In this document: positions 1 through 9,455 of the stretch, in pieces | Position numbering within the stretch: the stretch's first letter is position 1 | Layout of the letters: each line of letters starts with the position of its first letter | DNA from: an uncultured Alphaproteobacteria bacterium | GTDB lineage: Bacteria; Pseudomonadota; Alphaproteobacteria; HIMB59; GCA-002718135 | Reading direction: 5' to 3' | Assembly (NCBI GenBank): GCA_902560725.1 | Contig: CACEMR010000001.1 | Location: 134,713 to 198,712, forward strand | Length of the DNA stretch: 64,000 nucleotides | Program-made: the position numbers and the translations under genes | The notes under the pieces: model-generated | The model's input: the letters and a program-made list of their open reading frames with translations, nothing else | Database searches by the model: none | What the model was told of the DNA's origin: nothing

Positions 1-75
1 AATATTTTTTAAGTAAATCTAATGACCACTATGATTTAGACTACAGAATTAAATATTTAGACATAAAAAATAATT

Positions 76-1842
76 CTAAAGAGGTTTGGTAGCTTCCTTT
101 AACCATTCTTGCTCTTTGCTTGATAAACTTTCATACATACAAGTATAAACTTTTGAATGATAATTATTAACCCAATCAATTTCTTTTTGATCTAGTAGGT
201 TTTTTTTAATTAAGTCTTTGTCAATTGGGCACCAAGAAAGGTTTTCAAAATATAAATTATTATTTGAATCTTCTTTAACTAAAATTAAATTTTCTATTCT
301 AATTCCATATTCATTAAGTTTATAATAACCTGGTTCATTTGATAAAATCATTCCTGGAATAAGTTCAACACTTTCAAACATTGATTTTTTTGCTATTCTT
401 TGAGGTGCTTCGTGCACACTTAAAAAACTACCAATACCATGGCCAGTTCCATGATCGTAATCACAATTAATTTCATTTAAACTCTTTCGTGCTAAATAGT
501 CAATATCAGTTCCTTTAGTGCCTTTTTTAAAGACATAACTGGACAGTGCAATATGTCCTTTTAAAACACGAGTAAATCTATCCTTTTGTTCATCACTTGC
601 AGTTCCTATAATTATTGTACGTGTAATATCAGTTGTTCCATCATAATATTGAGCACCGGAATCAACTAAATAAATATTATTCATTTCAAATTTAGTATTA
701 CTGTCTTTGTCTACTCTATAATGTGGTAATGCAGCGTTTTTCCCAAAAGCCGAAATAGTATCAAAAGATAATGAGTGAAAAAGTTTATTATTGACTCTTA
801 AACTTTTTAAATAATTAGAGGCTAAAATTTCATTAGTTGTATTAATATCCATTTCATTTTTTAGCCAATAAATAAAGCGTGTTATACTAACACCATCTCT
901 TAAATTGGCATTACAAGCTCCTGTCTGTTCGACTTGATTTTTGATTGCCTTAGTTAAAATACAGGAATTTGTTATATCTTTATATTTGATATTTTTTTTT
1001 TCTAGAAGACTTAAAAAATAATAAGTTGTAGCTGAAAAATCTAAACCTACAATATCATTATTAATTATATTTGAAAATATATTTTCAATATTATTAATTG
1101 AGCAGATATTAATATTTTTTTCTATTTCAGATTTAAGTTGAATATTAATTTTATCGTCATTGATATATAAAGATGGTTTTTCATTTTGGGAAATTAATAG
1201 ATATGCATAAACAAGTGGAGTATATAAAATATCATCAGCTCTTATATTTAATAACCATGCAATATTATCTAAGCCTGTAACTAAATAATGATCAATATTC
1301 TTTTCTTTAAAAATTTTTTTAAAATTAATTAATTTTTCAACTCTATCAACTCCTGAATATTGAATGGGATGATCAAATATATTTGAGTATTTTATGCTAG
1401 GTTTATTTTTCCATATTGAGTCTATAATATTTGACTCTAAAAATATAATATTTGAAGAGGTGTTTAATATATACTCTTGAATTTTTTGAATTTCCCTTAT
1501 TGAGTGCAGTTTGGGATCGACGGCAATAGTACAACTTTTTTTAGAAACATAAGTTTTTAGATCTTCCCAAAAAGATTTTAAATGTTTTGATTTAATTTCA
1601 TTTTCATTAATTTGTTCTTTAGCTTGAAAAGTATAACGACCATCGACATATAAGTATGCTTCATTTTGAAGAACTATTGCTTTACCTGCGGAGCCTGAAA
1701 AATTGCTAATAAATTGTAATCTTTCAGCATATGGTGAAATATATTCATTTAAAAATTCATCACTTCTATTAACTATCAGAAGATCAATTTTTTTATCTTT
1801 CAACTTTGACTGTAAATTTAATAAATTAGATATTTCACTCAT
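76..1842 (-). CDS. pepP: Xaa-Pro aminopeptidase (M24B family, creatinase/prolidase N-domain)
   Basis: 588 aa ORF. C-terminal pita-bread metal-ligand motifs are present (DSGAQY, HGTGHGIGSFLSVHE, SNEPGYY, IRIEN). Confidence 0.85.
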   Translation of the reverse strand: MSEISNLLNLQSKLKDKKIDLLIVNRSDEFLNEYISPYAERLQFISNFSGSAGKAIVLQNEAYLYVDGRYTFQAKEQINENEIKSKHLKSFWEDLKTYVSKKSCTIAVDPKLHSIREIQKIQEYILNTSSNIIFLESNIIDSIWKNKPSIKYSNIFDHPIQYSGVDRVEKLINFKKIFKEKNIDHYLVTGLDNIAWLLNIRADDILYTPLVYAYLLISQNEKPSLYINDDKINIQLKSEIEKNINICSINNIENIFSNIINNDIVGLDFSATTYYFLSLLEKKNIKYKDITNSCILTKAIKNQVEQTGACNANLRDGVSITRFIYWLKNEMDINTTNEILASNYLKSLRVNNKLFHSLSFDTISAFGKNAALPHYRVDKDSNTKFEMNNIYLVDSGAQYYDGTTDITRTIIIGTASDEQKDRFTRVLKGHIALSSYVFKKGTKGTDIDYLARKSLNEINCDYDHGTGHGIGSFLSVHEAPQRIAKKSMFESVELIPGMILSNEPGYYKLNEYGIRIENLILVKEDSNNNLYFENLSWCPIDKDLIKKNLLDQKEIDWVNNYHSKVYTCMYESLSSKEQEWLKEATKPL

Positions 1843-2801
1843 AAGGAACTAAATAGATCTAAATCAATATTACCACCAGATATCATGACTACAATTTTTT
1901 TATTTTTTACATTAATTTTTTTATTTAATAATGCTGCAACTGCTACGGCTCCACCGGGCTCAACAACTATTTTTAAATGTTCGGATAGAAAAATTATAGT
2001 TTTTTTCACTTCCTCATCAGATACACTAATACCTCCTTCAAGATTTTGTAAATTAATTGGAAATGTAATATCTCCTGGCATTGGTGCAAGTAATGCATCA
2101 CAAATTGATTCTGTTTTTGAGGAATTTTTAATTATTTTTTTATTTTCTAAAGATATTTTCGTATCATCAAAACCTTCAGGCTCAATTGAATATGATTTCA
2201 AATTTGGAAATTCATGTTTAAGGTAAGTTGAGGTTCCTGCAATTAACCCACCACCTCCACAACAACAAAGATATATATCAGGTGTTATAGATAGTTTTTT
2301 CAAATCTTCTGCTATTTCAAAACCAGCTGTACCCTGGCCTGCAATAATATCAATATCATCATAAGGTTTAATTAACGATCTATTCTCTTTTTCTTTTATA
2401 TCATTTCCTATTTGTTCTCTGCTTTCAAAAAATGCATCATACAAAATTACTTCAGCTCCATATTCTTTTGTATTTTCAATTTTTATTTTGGGAGCATTTT
2501 TTGGCATAATTATTTTAGCACTAATATTTTTTTTCATTGCAGCATAGGCAACTGCTTGTGCGTGATTTCCTGAAGAATATGCTACCACTCCATTGTCTAT
2601 TATATCACTGGATAATGTTAATATTTTATGCGTAGCACCTCTTAATTTGAAAGATCCTGTATTTTGTAAATTTTCTAGTTTAAAATAAACTTCTGCATCT
2701 AATAAATTGTTAATATAATCATTACTTACGAGTGGTGTTTTTGTTATAAAGTCTTTAATTTTTTTATAGGCAATTTCTATATCTTTGAAACTTATTGTCA
2801 T
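1839..2801 (-). CDS. PLP-dependent threonine/serine dehydratase family enzyme (short form without ACT regulatory domain)
   Basis: Has the SFKLRGA PLP-lysine motif, a CCCGGGGLIAG glycine loop and the SGGN motif. At 320 aa it matches catabolic-type dehydratases or serine racemase-like enzymes. Confidence 0.8.
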   Translation of the reverse strand: MTISFKDIEIAYKKIKDFITKTPLVSNDYINNLLDAEVYFKLENLQNTGSFKLRGATHKILTLSSDIIDNGVVAYSSGNHAQAVAYAAMKKNISAKIIMPKNAPKIKIENTKEYGAEVILYDAFFESREQIGNDIKEKENRSLIKPYDDIDIIAGQGTAGFEIAEDLKKLSITPDIYLCCCGGGGLIAGTSTYLKHEFPNLKSYSIEPEGFDDTKISLENKKIIKNSSKTESICDALLAPMPGDITFPINLQNLEGGISVSDEEVKKTIIFLSEHLKIVVEPGGAVAVAALLNKKINVKNKKIVVMISGGNIDLDLFSSL

Positions 2802-2818
2802 ATTTTTTTTCTTATTTA

Positions 2819-3127
2819 ATGGAATATATTAAAAAAGAATATATGTATAATGATATGGAACAGGAAAAAGTAACTTCTCCTTGTATAAGCATTTGTAAAA
2901 CAGATCCGTTGTCGGGTTTTTGCTATGGATGTGGTAGAACAAATGAAGAAAAAAATACTTGGAAAAATGAAAATACATCAAATGAATGGAAAATCAAAAA
3001 TCTGGAAGATCTAAAAAATAGACTTTCTGATTGGCAATTAAAAGCTTTTGAAGAGTCTTATAAATCAAAGGTTGAGACTGGTTTGTCATTAATTAAAAAA
3101 AAATTACTAGAAAAAAATAAAAATTGA
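2819..3127 (+). CDS. DUF1289-like small cysteine-motif protein
   Basis: The CISICKTDPLSGFCYGCGRTNEE motif is typical of the DUF1289 family. The start is uncertain: the ORF track gives 2795, and in-frame ATGs occur at 2819, 2843 and 2855. The 2795 start would overlap the divergent neighbour. Confidence 0.55.
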   Translation: MEYIKKEYMYNDMEQEKVTSPCISICKTDPLSGFCYGCGRTNEEKNTWKNENTSNEWKIKNLEDLKNRLSDWQLKAFEESYKSKVETGLSLIKKKLLEKNKN

Positions 3128-3687
3128 AATTTTTTTCAACTATTATTTTATGTATATTTTTTTCTATAAATATTAATGCTAATGATTCAATGATTTTGGA
3201 TGACCTGACTACTCCTGGAATTACAACACAAAAACAAAATTGGGCATTTTTCACAGATGGTGTTATGGGGGGCTTATCACAAGGTAAAGCAATTATTTCA
3301 AATTTAGACGGTGTAGATTGTTATCATATGACAGGTAATGTAACGACAGAAAATAATGGCGGTTTTATTCAGATACGTAATCAACTTAAACCAACAATAT
3401 CTACTAAAGAATATGAGGGCATTTATTTAAAAGTTTTTGGTAATGATGAAGATTATTCAATACATCTAAGAACTTCGTTAACAATGGCTCCTTGGCAATA
3501 TTATAAATTTAGTTTTAAATCTAATAGTCAGTGGAATGAAATTAGAGCTCCGTTTAAAGAGTTTACAAAATCAAATGCTTACCAACCTTCTAATTTAATA
3601 GGTCAAAAAATTAAATCTATTGGTTTAGTTGCAGGTTTTAAAAATTTTACAGCAGACATTTGTTTATCCGAAATAGGATTTTACTAA
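3124..3687 (+). CDS. CIA30 (complex I intermediate-associated protein 30)-like protein with N-terminal signal peptide
   Basis: TTG start and hydrophobic leader MKFFSTIILCIFFSININA. The WAFFTDGVMGGLSQG motif is characteristic of the CIA30/NDUFAF1 family. Confidence 0.65.
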   Translation: MKFFSTIILCIFFSININANDSMILDDLTTPGITTQKQNWAFFTDGVMGGLSQGKAIISNLDGVDCYHMTGNVTTENNGGFIQIRNQLKPTISTKEYEGIYLKVFGNDEDYSIHLRTSLTMAPWQYYKFSFKSNSQWNEIRAPFKEFTKSNAYQPSNLIGQKIKSIGLVAGFKNFTADICLSEIGFY

Positions 3688-4433
3688 TATTCGACTTTTG
3701 TAAGATATAATCCATGCGGAGGTGCTGTAACACCAGCATACTCTCTTTTCTTCAGTGAAATTATTTCTGAAATAGATTTTGAAATTTTACCAAGGCCTAT
3801 ATCTACTAATGTACCAACCATAATTCTAACTTGAGAATGGAGAAAAGATTTAGCTGAAATAATAAAGTTAATTTCTTGTTCATTTTTTTTAACATTAAAT
3901 GAATTAATTGATTTAATTGCAGATTTTGACTGACAATTAATGGAGCGAAAAGATGATAAATCATGTTTACCTAAAAAAAATTGAGATTGTTCAATAACTT
4001 TGTTTATATTAATAGTTTTGTGAACACACCAAACTCTATTATTTTGAAGAGTTAATGGTGCCCTTCTATTAATAACTTTATATTCATACCATCTAAGTTT
4101 GGCTGAAAATCTTGCATTAAAATCAGCATCAATTTTTTCAGTTGATAAAATAGCAACAGGATGAGGACGTAAATGATGATTAAGTCCGTCACGTATTGTA
4201 TCGGTATCAATAAAATTTTCCAATTCAAAACTGGCTACCTGACCTTTCGCATGAACTCCAGCATCTGTTCTTCCTGCTCCAATAATTGTAGTTGTTTTAT
4301 TTGTAAGTTTTTGAATTGATTCTTCAATTAATTGCTGAATTGAAAGACCATTATCTTGTCTTTGCCATCCTACAAAATCTGAACCATCATACTCAATAGT
4401 AATTTTATAATTATGCATTAATAATTGTATCAA
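3684..4433 (-). CDS. truA: tRNA pseudouridine(38-40) synthase
   Basis: GAGRTDAGVHAKGQV catalytic Asp motif and 249 aa length. Confidence 0.9.
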   Translation of the reverse strand: MIQLLMHNYKITIEYDGSDFVGWQRQDNGLSIQQLIEESIQKLTNKTTTIIGAGRTDAGVHAKGQVASFELENFIDTDTIRDGLNHHLRPHPVAILSTEKIDADFNARFSAKLRWYEYKVINRRAPLTLQNNRVWCVHKTININKVIEQSQFFLGKHDLSSFRSINCQSKSAIKSINSFNVKKNEQEINFIISAKSFLHSQVRIMVGTLVDIGLGKISKSISEIISLKKREYAGVTAPPHGLYLTKVEY

Positions 4434-5334
4434 CTTTTAATTTGAAACCTCTAAGAAATTCATCTTTTGTTACAATATTTTTTCCTTCTCTTTGTAAAAT
4501 CAAAGGTTCAACACTTCCATCATTACTAGCAATTTCGAAGTTATTATTCAATATAGTCGAGATCTTTCCTTTTGCTAATCCAGGTTTTGCATCAATTATT
4601 TTAATTCTTTCGTTATTTAAATAAAACCATGCACCAGGTTTTGGAGCGTGTGCTTTTATAAGATTAATTATATTTTTAGTTGATGTATTAAAATTAATTT
4701 TTCTAATTTTTGAAGTTATTTTACTGGCATAAGTTATATTTTCTTTATCTTGGTCTTTCAATGTAATTTCGTTTTTTAGAATTCTAGGAATTGTATCAAT
4801 TAATAATTTTTTTCCTATAGTGGTTAGATGGTCACTTAGTTCTAGTTTATTAAAGTTTGATGGAATAGCTAATTTTTCTTGCGCAATTATAGGTCCTGCA
4901 TCTAATTCCTCAACAAGTTTAATTATTGAAATACCTGTTTCTTTATCTCCATTCATTAAGCAGTATTCTATTGGTGCTGCACCTCTCCATCTCGGCAATA
5001 TTGATAAATGAATATTTATACATCCATTATTCGGTAACTCTAATACTGACTTAGGAAGTATATGCCCGTAAGCCATTACTATAATTAATTCTGGCTCTAT
5101 TTTTTTTATTTGATTAATAATTTCAGTATCAAAAATTATAGGATGAAAAACGTTTATATTGTTTTTAATTGCTAATTCATGAACAGGTGATTTTGTTAAT
5201 TTCATTCCTCTGGATTGTTTCTTTGGAGGTTGTGTAAAAACCGCCTCGACTTTAATGTTATTTTCAATAAGTGTATTTAAATATTCTTTAGCAATGAGTG
5301 GTGTTCCCATAAAGATTATTTTTTTACTATGCAT
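4411..5334 (-). CDS. fmt: methionyl-tRNA formyltransferase
   Basis: HLSILPRWRGAAPIEY motif. The def-fmt gene order is conserved. Confidence 0.9.
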   Translation of the reverse strand: MHSKKIIFMGTPLIAKEYLNTLIENNIKVEAVFTQPPKKQSRGMKLTKSPVHELAIKNNINVFHPIIFDTEIINQIKKIEPELIIVMAYGHILPKSVLELPNNGCINIHLSILPRWRGAAPIEYCLMNGDKETGISIIKLVEELDAGPIIAQEKLAIPSNFNKLELSDHLTTIGKKLLIDTIPRILKNEITLKDQDKENITYASKITSKIRKINFNTSTKNIINLIKAHAPKPGAWFYLNNERIKIIDAKPGLAKGKISTILNNNFEIASNDGSVEPLILQREGKNIVTKDEFLRGFKLKVDTIINA

Positions 5335-5842
5335 TATTTTTTATTTTTAGATATTTTTGTACCTTTTTAATCATAATATTTCTTTTTAGGTGAGAAAGAT
5401 AGTCTACAAATAATTTTCCTGAAAGATGGTCTATTTCATGCTGGAGAATTCTTGCCTCTACTCCATCAACTTCCCTTTCTATTAATTTATTGTGATCATC
5501 TAAATATTGAAGTTTAATTATTTTTGGCCGCTCTATTTCTGCAAATTGTTCAGGAATTGATAAACAGCCCTCCTCCATTATAATTGTTTCTTCGGAATAT
5601 GAAATTATTTGAGGATTAAATAAATTGTATTCTATTTCTTTTTTTGTTTCTTTATCCACATAGAAAATTGTAACAATTTGCTTAAGAATGCCAATTTGAT
5701 TTGCTGCTAAACCTACACCAGGCGCCTTTAACATAATTTCTTTCATTTTTTTTGCTATTTTTAACTCTTCATGGCCAACTATATTTATTTTTTCTGCTTT
5801 TTGACGTAATAATGGATTTGGTACGTATAATAATTTTGTCAT
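5327..5842 (-). CDS. def: peptide deformylase
   Basis: The three deformylase motifs are present: GVGLAANQIG, EGCLS, HEIDHLSG. Confidence 0.92.
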   Translation of the reverse strand: MTKLLYVPNPLLRQKAEKINIVGHEELKIAKKMKEIMLKAPGVGLAANQIGILKQIVTIFYVDKETKKEIEYNLFNPQIISYSEETIIMEEGCLSIPEQFAEIERPKIIKLQYLDDHNKLIEREVDGVEARILQHEIDHLSGKLFVDYLSHLKRNIMIKKVQKYLKIKNNA

Positions 5843-5847
5843 AATTA

Positions 5848-6447
5848 TTATGTAATTTTTTTTCTTGATTGAAATGCAGTGTTTAAAGTATTTTCGTCTA
5901 GATAATGAACTTCTCCACCCATAGGTATTCCTTGAGCTAATCTTGTAACATTTAACTTATCAAATTTTTCTAACTTATCTACAATTACAAAAGAGGTTGT
6001 TTGTCCTTCCATAGTTGTACTTAAAGCTAAAATAATTTCGTTAACTTTATTATTTTTTATTCTAGATAAAAGATTTTCAATTCTTAATTCATCTGTTCCA
6101 ATTCCTTGAATAGCTGATAATGAACCACCTAAAACATGATACAAGCCTCTGTAAAAACCAACTTTTTCTAAAGTCCATAAATCTGAAACATCTTCTATTA
6201 TGCAAATAGTTGATTTATCTCTTGAATCATTACTGCAAATATTACATGGATTTTGCATATCTATATTTCCACAATTACTGCATTCAATTATTTTAGCATA
6301 AGATTGATTTAAGCTTTCTATTAATGGTGATAAATTTTTATCTTTATTTTTTAACAAAAAAAGAGCTATTCTCTGCGCTGAACGTCTTCCTAAACCAGGA
6401 AGTTTAGATATATCATTAATAAGTTTATCAATAGGAGATTGCTCCAT
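5848..6447 (-). CDS. recR: recombination protein RecR
   Basis: C4 zinc finger CSNCGN..CNICSN followed by a Toprim-like region. It sits in ybaB-recR synteny. Confidence 0.9.
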   Translation of the reverse strand: MEQSPIDKLINDISKLPGLGRRSAQRIALFLLKNKDKNLSPLIESLNQSYAKIIECSNCGNIDMQNPCNICSNDSRDKSTICIIEDVSDLWTLEKVGFYRGLYHVLGGSLSAIQGIGTDELRIENLLSRIKNNKVNEIILALSTTMEGQTTSFVIVDKLEKFDKLNVTRLAQGIPMGGEVHYLDENTLNTAFQSRKKIT

Positions 6448-6450
6448 AAA

Positions 6451-6774
6451 TTAAAATGGTAATTTCATTCCAGGAGGTAATGGTAAACCACCAGTTAGTG
6501 ACTTCATTTCTTCCTGGGCGACTGTTTCTCCTTTTTGTTTAGCATCATTAATAGCTGCTATAATCAAATCTTCTAAAATTTCTTTTTCTTCTGTTTTCAA
6601 CATACTATCATCAATAGAAATCCTTTTAAATGTTCCTTTCGCTGTTGAAGTAACTTTGACTAAACCTCCCCCAGATGTCCCTTCTACCTCTATTTCATTA
6701 AGCTTGTCTTGAGCCTCAGCCATTTTTTTCTGTAATTGCTGTGCTTGTTTCATCATATTTCCTAAATTTACCAT
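6451..6774 (-). CDS. ybaB: YbaB/EbfC family nucleoid-associated protein
   Basis: 107 aa, MMKQAQQLQKKM N-terminus, located between dnaX and recR. Confidence 0.85.
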   Translation of the reverse strand: MVNLGNMMKQAQQLQKKMAEAQDKLNEIEVEGTSGGGLVKVTSTAKGTFKRISIDDSMLKTEEKEILEDLIIAAINDAKQKGETVAQEEMKSLTGGLPLPPGMKLPF

Positions 6775-8462
6775 TATTTCTCCTTTTTTATATTTGAATT
6801 TAGTACTTCTTCATCAGTGTTTACTTCAGCTAATTCAGTTATTGAGTGTATTTTACTTTCTGGGAATTCATTTAAGATTTTTTTTACTTCAATATTATTT
6901 TTCATGAGTTCAATTTCTTTTTGCTGGTTAAGTATATCTTCTTCGTAAAGGCTTTTTCCAAGATTACTAGATGATGATTGCACTTGCCAAATTCTTCCTG
7001 TCCATGTTGATATTAATTTAGCTACAGACCTGTTAAATGATTTATCATGTATTCTCTCTGTATTTAAAACAACTTCGCCTTGCTTAAAGGAAATTAATTT
7101 TACTTCATTATACAATTTAGTATGAAGAATTCCTTCTCTATTTTTAAAAAACAATTCTACAAATTGCCTAAAGTTAATAACTTCTAAATAATTATTATTT
7201 ATCTTATTTTTATTTTCGTTTGATAAACCCTTTTTGAAATTCAATAACTTATTTTCATTATTATTTTCAATTGGTTTAGTGATATTTTTTGTATCTATGT
7301 TGATATTTTGATCTTTCTGTTCATATTTTCTTAACAAATCATCTGGATTTGATCCATCAAATAAGTAAATTACTCTTAAGATTAGCATTTCACCATGTTG
7401 ATAAAGATGAAAACCAGTTTGAAGTTCCTGGTAACCTCTAAACAAAATTTGCCATATAATGTTTAAATTATTTAAACTTAATCTTGATGACATATCGATC
7501 CCTCTTGTACGTTCAATTTCAGGAATATAACTATCGTCTTTAAGGCTTGGTGCTATCTTGATCTGGGTTACAAAATGAAGAACATTTATTAATTCATCAA
7601 AAATCATTACTACATCAGCACCAAGGTCATATAAACTTTTATATATATTTAGAGAACCTTTAGAGTCACCCTCAAGAATTTTTTCAAGTAAATCAAATAT
7701 TTTTTCTCTTTCTGCTAAGCCCAACATTTGTGAAACAGCATTTGAGTCAATTTTGGTATTTTGATTCGTAATTGCCTGATCAAGTAAACTTAAACCATCT
7801 CTTATAGAACCATCAGCAGCTCTAACAATTAATGATATTGCATTTAAATCAATATCTATTTTTTCTTTATGTGAAATATCTAATAAATGCTCAGTTAAAA
7901 TTTTATTTTCAATTCTCAATAAATCAAACCTTTGGCATCTCGATAAAACGGTAATTGGTATTTTTTTGACTTCTGTTGTAGCAAATATAAATTTTACATG
8001 TTCAGGAGGTTCTTCTAAAGTTTTTAAAAGTGCGTTAAAAGCACTTTTTGAGAGCATATGAACTTCATCAATAATGAAAATTTTATATTTACTTATTAAT
8101 GGTTTGTATTTTACATTGTCTATAATTTCCCTTACATCGTCTACACCTGTATTTGATGCTGCATCCATTTCTATTACATCTAAATTACTATCAAGCCCTG
8201 TAGATTTGCAAGTATCACAAACTCCACATGGTTCAGCGCTATTTTTATCTCTTTTTTGACAATTTATACTCATAGCAATTAATCTTGCTGTTGTTGTCTT
8301 TCCTACACCTCTCACTCCAGTAAGAACATATGCATGAGCCAATCTGTCATTGGTAATTGCACTTGATAGAATTTTAACAAGAATATTTTGACCTACTAAA
8401 TCTTTGAATTTTTTTGGTCTATATTTTCTTGCTAAAACTTTATATTCACTAATTTTTTCCAT
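6774..8462 (-). CDS. dnaX: DNA polymerase III subunit gamma/tau
   Basis: Walker A GVRGVGKTTTARL, zinc module CGVCDTC, and clamp-loader SRC motif (LSRCQRF). The start is placed at the internal Met (MEKISEYKVLARKYRP) because the 9-codon upstream extension overlaps the SRP RNA. Confidence 0.9.
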   Translation of the reverse strand: MEKISEYKVLARKYRPKKFKDLVGQNILVKILSSAITNDRLAHAYVLTGVRGVGKTTTARLIAMSINCQKRDKNSAEPCGVCDTCKSTGLDSNLDVIEMDAASNTGVDDVREIIDNVKYKPLISKYKIFIIDEVHMLSKSAFNALLKTLEEPPEHVKFIFATTEVKKIPITVLSRCQRFDLLRIENKILTEHLLDISHKEKIDIDLNAISLIVRAADGSIRDGLSLLDQAITNQNTKIDSNAVSQMLGLAEREKIFDLLEKILEGDSKGSLNIYKSLYDLGADVVMIFDELINVLHFVTQIKIAPSLKDDSYIPEIERTRGIDMSSRLSLNNLNIIWQILFRGYQELQTGFHLYQHGEMLILRVIYLFDGSNPDDLLRKYEQKDQNINIDTKNITKPIENNNENKLLNFKKGLSNENKNKINNNYLEVINFRQFVELFFKNREGILHTKLYNEVKLISFKQGEVVLNTERIHDKSFNRSVAKLISTWTGRIWQVQSSSSNLGKSLYEEDILNQQKEIELMKNNIEVKKILNEFPESKIHSITELAEVNTDEEVLNSNIKKEK

Positions 8463-8467
8463 AATTA

Positions 8468-8563
8468 TAAGGAAGGTTTTAAGACCCAAATAACATTGTT
8501 ACAGCTGCTTCTTTTCAGATCTGACTGGATTAGCAACTTATTTGCCCTCAAACCTTCCTCGCC
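8468..8563 (-). ncRNA. ffs: signal recognition particle RNA (small 4.5S-type)
   Basis: The minus-strand reads GAGGAAGGTTTGAGGGCAAATAAGTTGCTAATCCAGTCAGATCTGAAAAGAAGCAGCTGTAACAATGTTATTTGGGTCTTAAAACCTTCC. The closing helix GGAAGGTTT/AAACCTTCC and the domain IV core CCAGTCAGATCTGAAAAGAAGCAGC resemble E. coli CCAGGTCAGGTCCGGAAGGAAGCAGCC (recalled from memory). ffs upstream of dnaX is the usual synteny. Ends are approximate. Confidence 0.75.
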
Positions 8564-8612
8564 TAATATAGCATTAATGTATCAAAAAACTAAACAGACT
8601 TTTAACTAATAA

Positions 8613-9455
8613 CTATTTTTTTCGGAAGAGAGATTTTTCATAGACACCAAGGATTTTTATGTGTTTACAAAAAAATTTCATCTCTTCTAGTGCTAGTTTA
8701 ACTGAAGGGTTGTCAGGATGGCCGTCAAAATCAATATAAAATTGAGCAACATCAAAGCCTTGTGGATGAACATAGCTTTCTAACTTTGTGATATTTACTC
8801 CATTACTGGCAAAACCTCCTAAACACTTATAAAGAGCTGCAGGAATACTTCTAACACTAAAAACTAAAGTTGTTAAAATTTGATTTGAGGATAAATCAAT
8901 ATCTTTAAGTTCTTTTTGCATTATTAAAAACCTTGTTACATTATTAATTGAGTCTTGAAAGTTCTTTTCTAGTATTTGAAGATCATATATGCGAGCCGCT
9001 AATTCTGAAGCAATCGCTGCATCCTCAGGATTATTTAATTCAGAAATCATTTTTGCTGAACCAGCTGTGTCAGCTTCAACAATCATTTCTTTTTTAAGTT
9101 TTATGATTTTATTTCTACATTGGGCAATGCCTTGTTCATGGCTATGAATTCTTTTAATATCTGAAATTTTTGTTCCTTTTATTGCCATTAAGTTATGATT
9201 TATTTCTAAAAAATATTCTGATGTTATTTTTAAATTTGACTCTGGGATAAGTCTTTGAGTATCAGCCACTCTTCCAGCTAATGAGTTTTCTATTGGCACC
9301 ATTGCAGCATCAACATTCCCTATTCTAACTTGTTCAAACATTTCTTCAAAAGTAGCACATGGATAACTAATTGCATCTGGATAAAGTTTTTTTCCAGCGA
9401 GTTCACTATATGCCCCACTCACACCCTGGAAAGAAAAAGAATTAATTTTTTTCAT
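8613..9455 (-). CDS. pheA: prephenate dehydratase
   Basis: PDT domain with TRF motif (NVTRFLIM) and a C-terminal ACT-like domain. 280 aa, monofunctional form. Confidence 0.85.
   Translation of the reverse strand: MKKINSFSFQGVSGAYSELAGKKLYPDAISYPCATFEEMFEQVRIGNVDAAMVPIENSLAGRVADTQRLIPESNLKITSEYFLEINHNLMAIKGTKISDIKRIHSHEQGIAQCRNKIIKLKKEMIVEADTAGSAKMISELNNPEDAAIASELAARIYDLQILEKNFQDSINNVTRFLIMQKELKDIDLSSNQILTTLVFSVRSIPAALYKCLGGFASNGVNITKLESYVHPQGFDVAQFYIDFDGHPDNPSVKLALEEMKFFCKHIKILGVYEKSLFRKK

Noticed and set aside
1885-2226. Antisense or shadow ORFs inside well-supported genes, all from the ORF track: 1885..2226, 4442..4624, 4820..5011, 8074..8259, 11712..12008, 13513..13794, 15398..15589, 16252..16485, 17777..18046, 21839..22117, 27361..27570, 28341..28553, 29210..29392, 31259..31507, 36489..36701, 39064..39267, 41674..41922, 44316..44570, 44928..45356, 45762..45977, 46230..46514, 47482..47667, 48361..48771, 49787..50017, 51136..51330, 52151..52363, 52940..53122, 53754..54023, 54891..55112, 56547..56765, 56799..57086, 57741..58139, 58742..58924, 60492..60833, 61617..61811
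   Set aside because: Each lies entirely within, or largely overlaps, a longer ORF on the other strand or frame that has clear family motifs. Their translations are low-complexity and lack recognisable motifs. Such ORFs are expected by chance opposite genes.
6774-8462. Programmed -1 frameshift site in dnaX (the E. coli type A AAA AAG heptamer producing gamma)
   Set aside because: The only similar stretch seen (TTC AAA AAG GGT around 7235) is not a proper X XXY YYZ slippery heptamer in frame, and no downstream stem-loop was evident. No claim is made.
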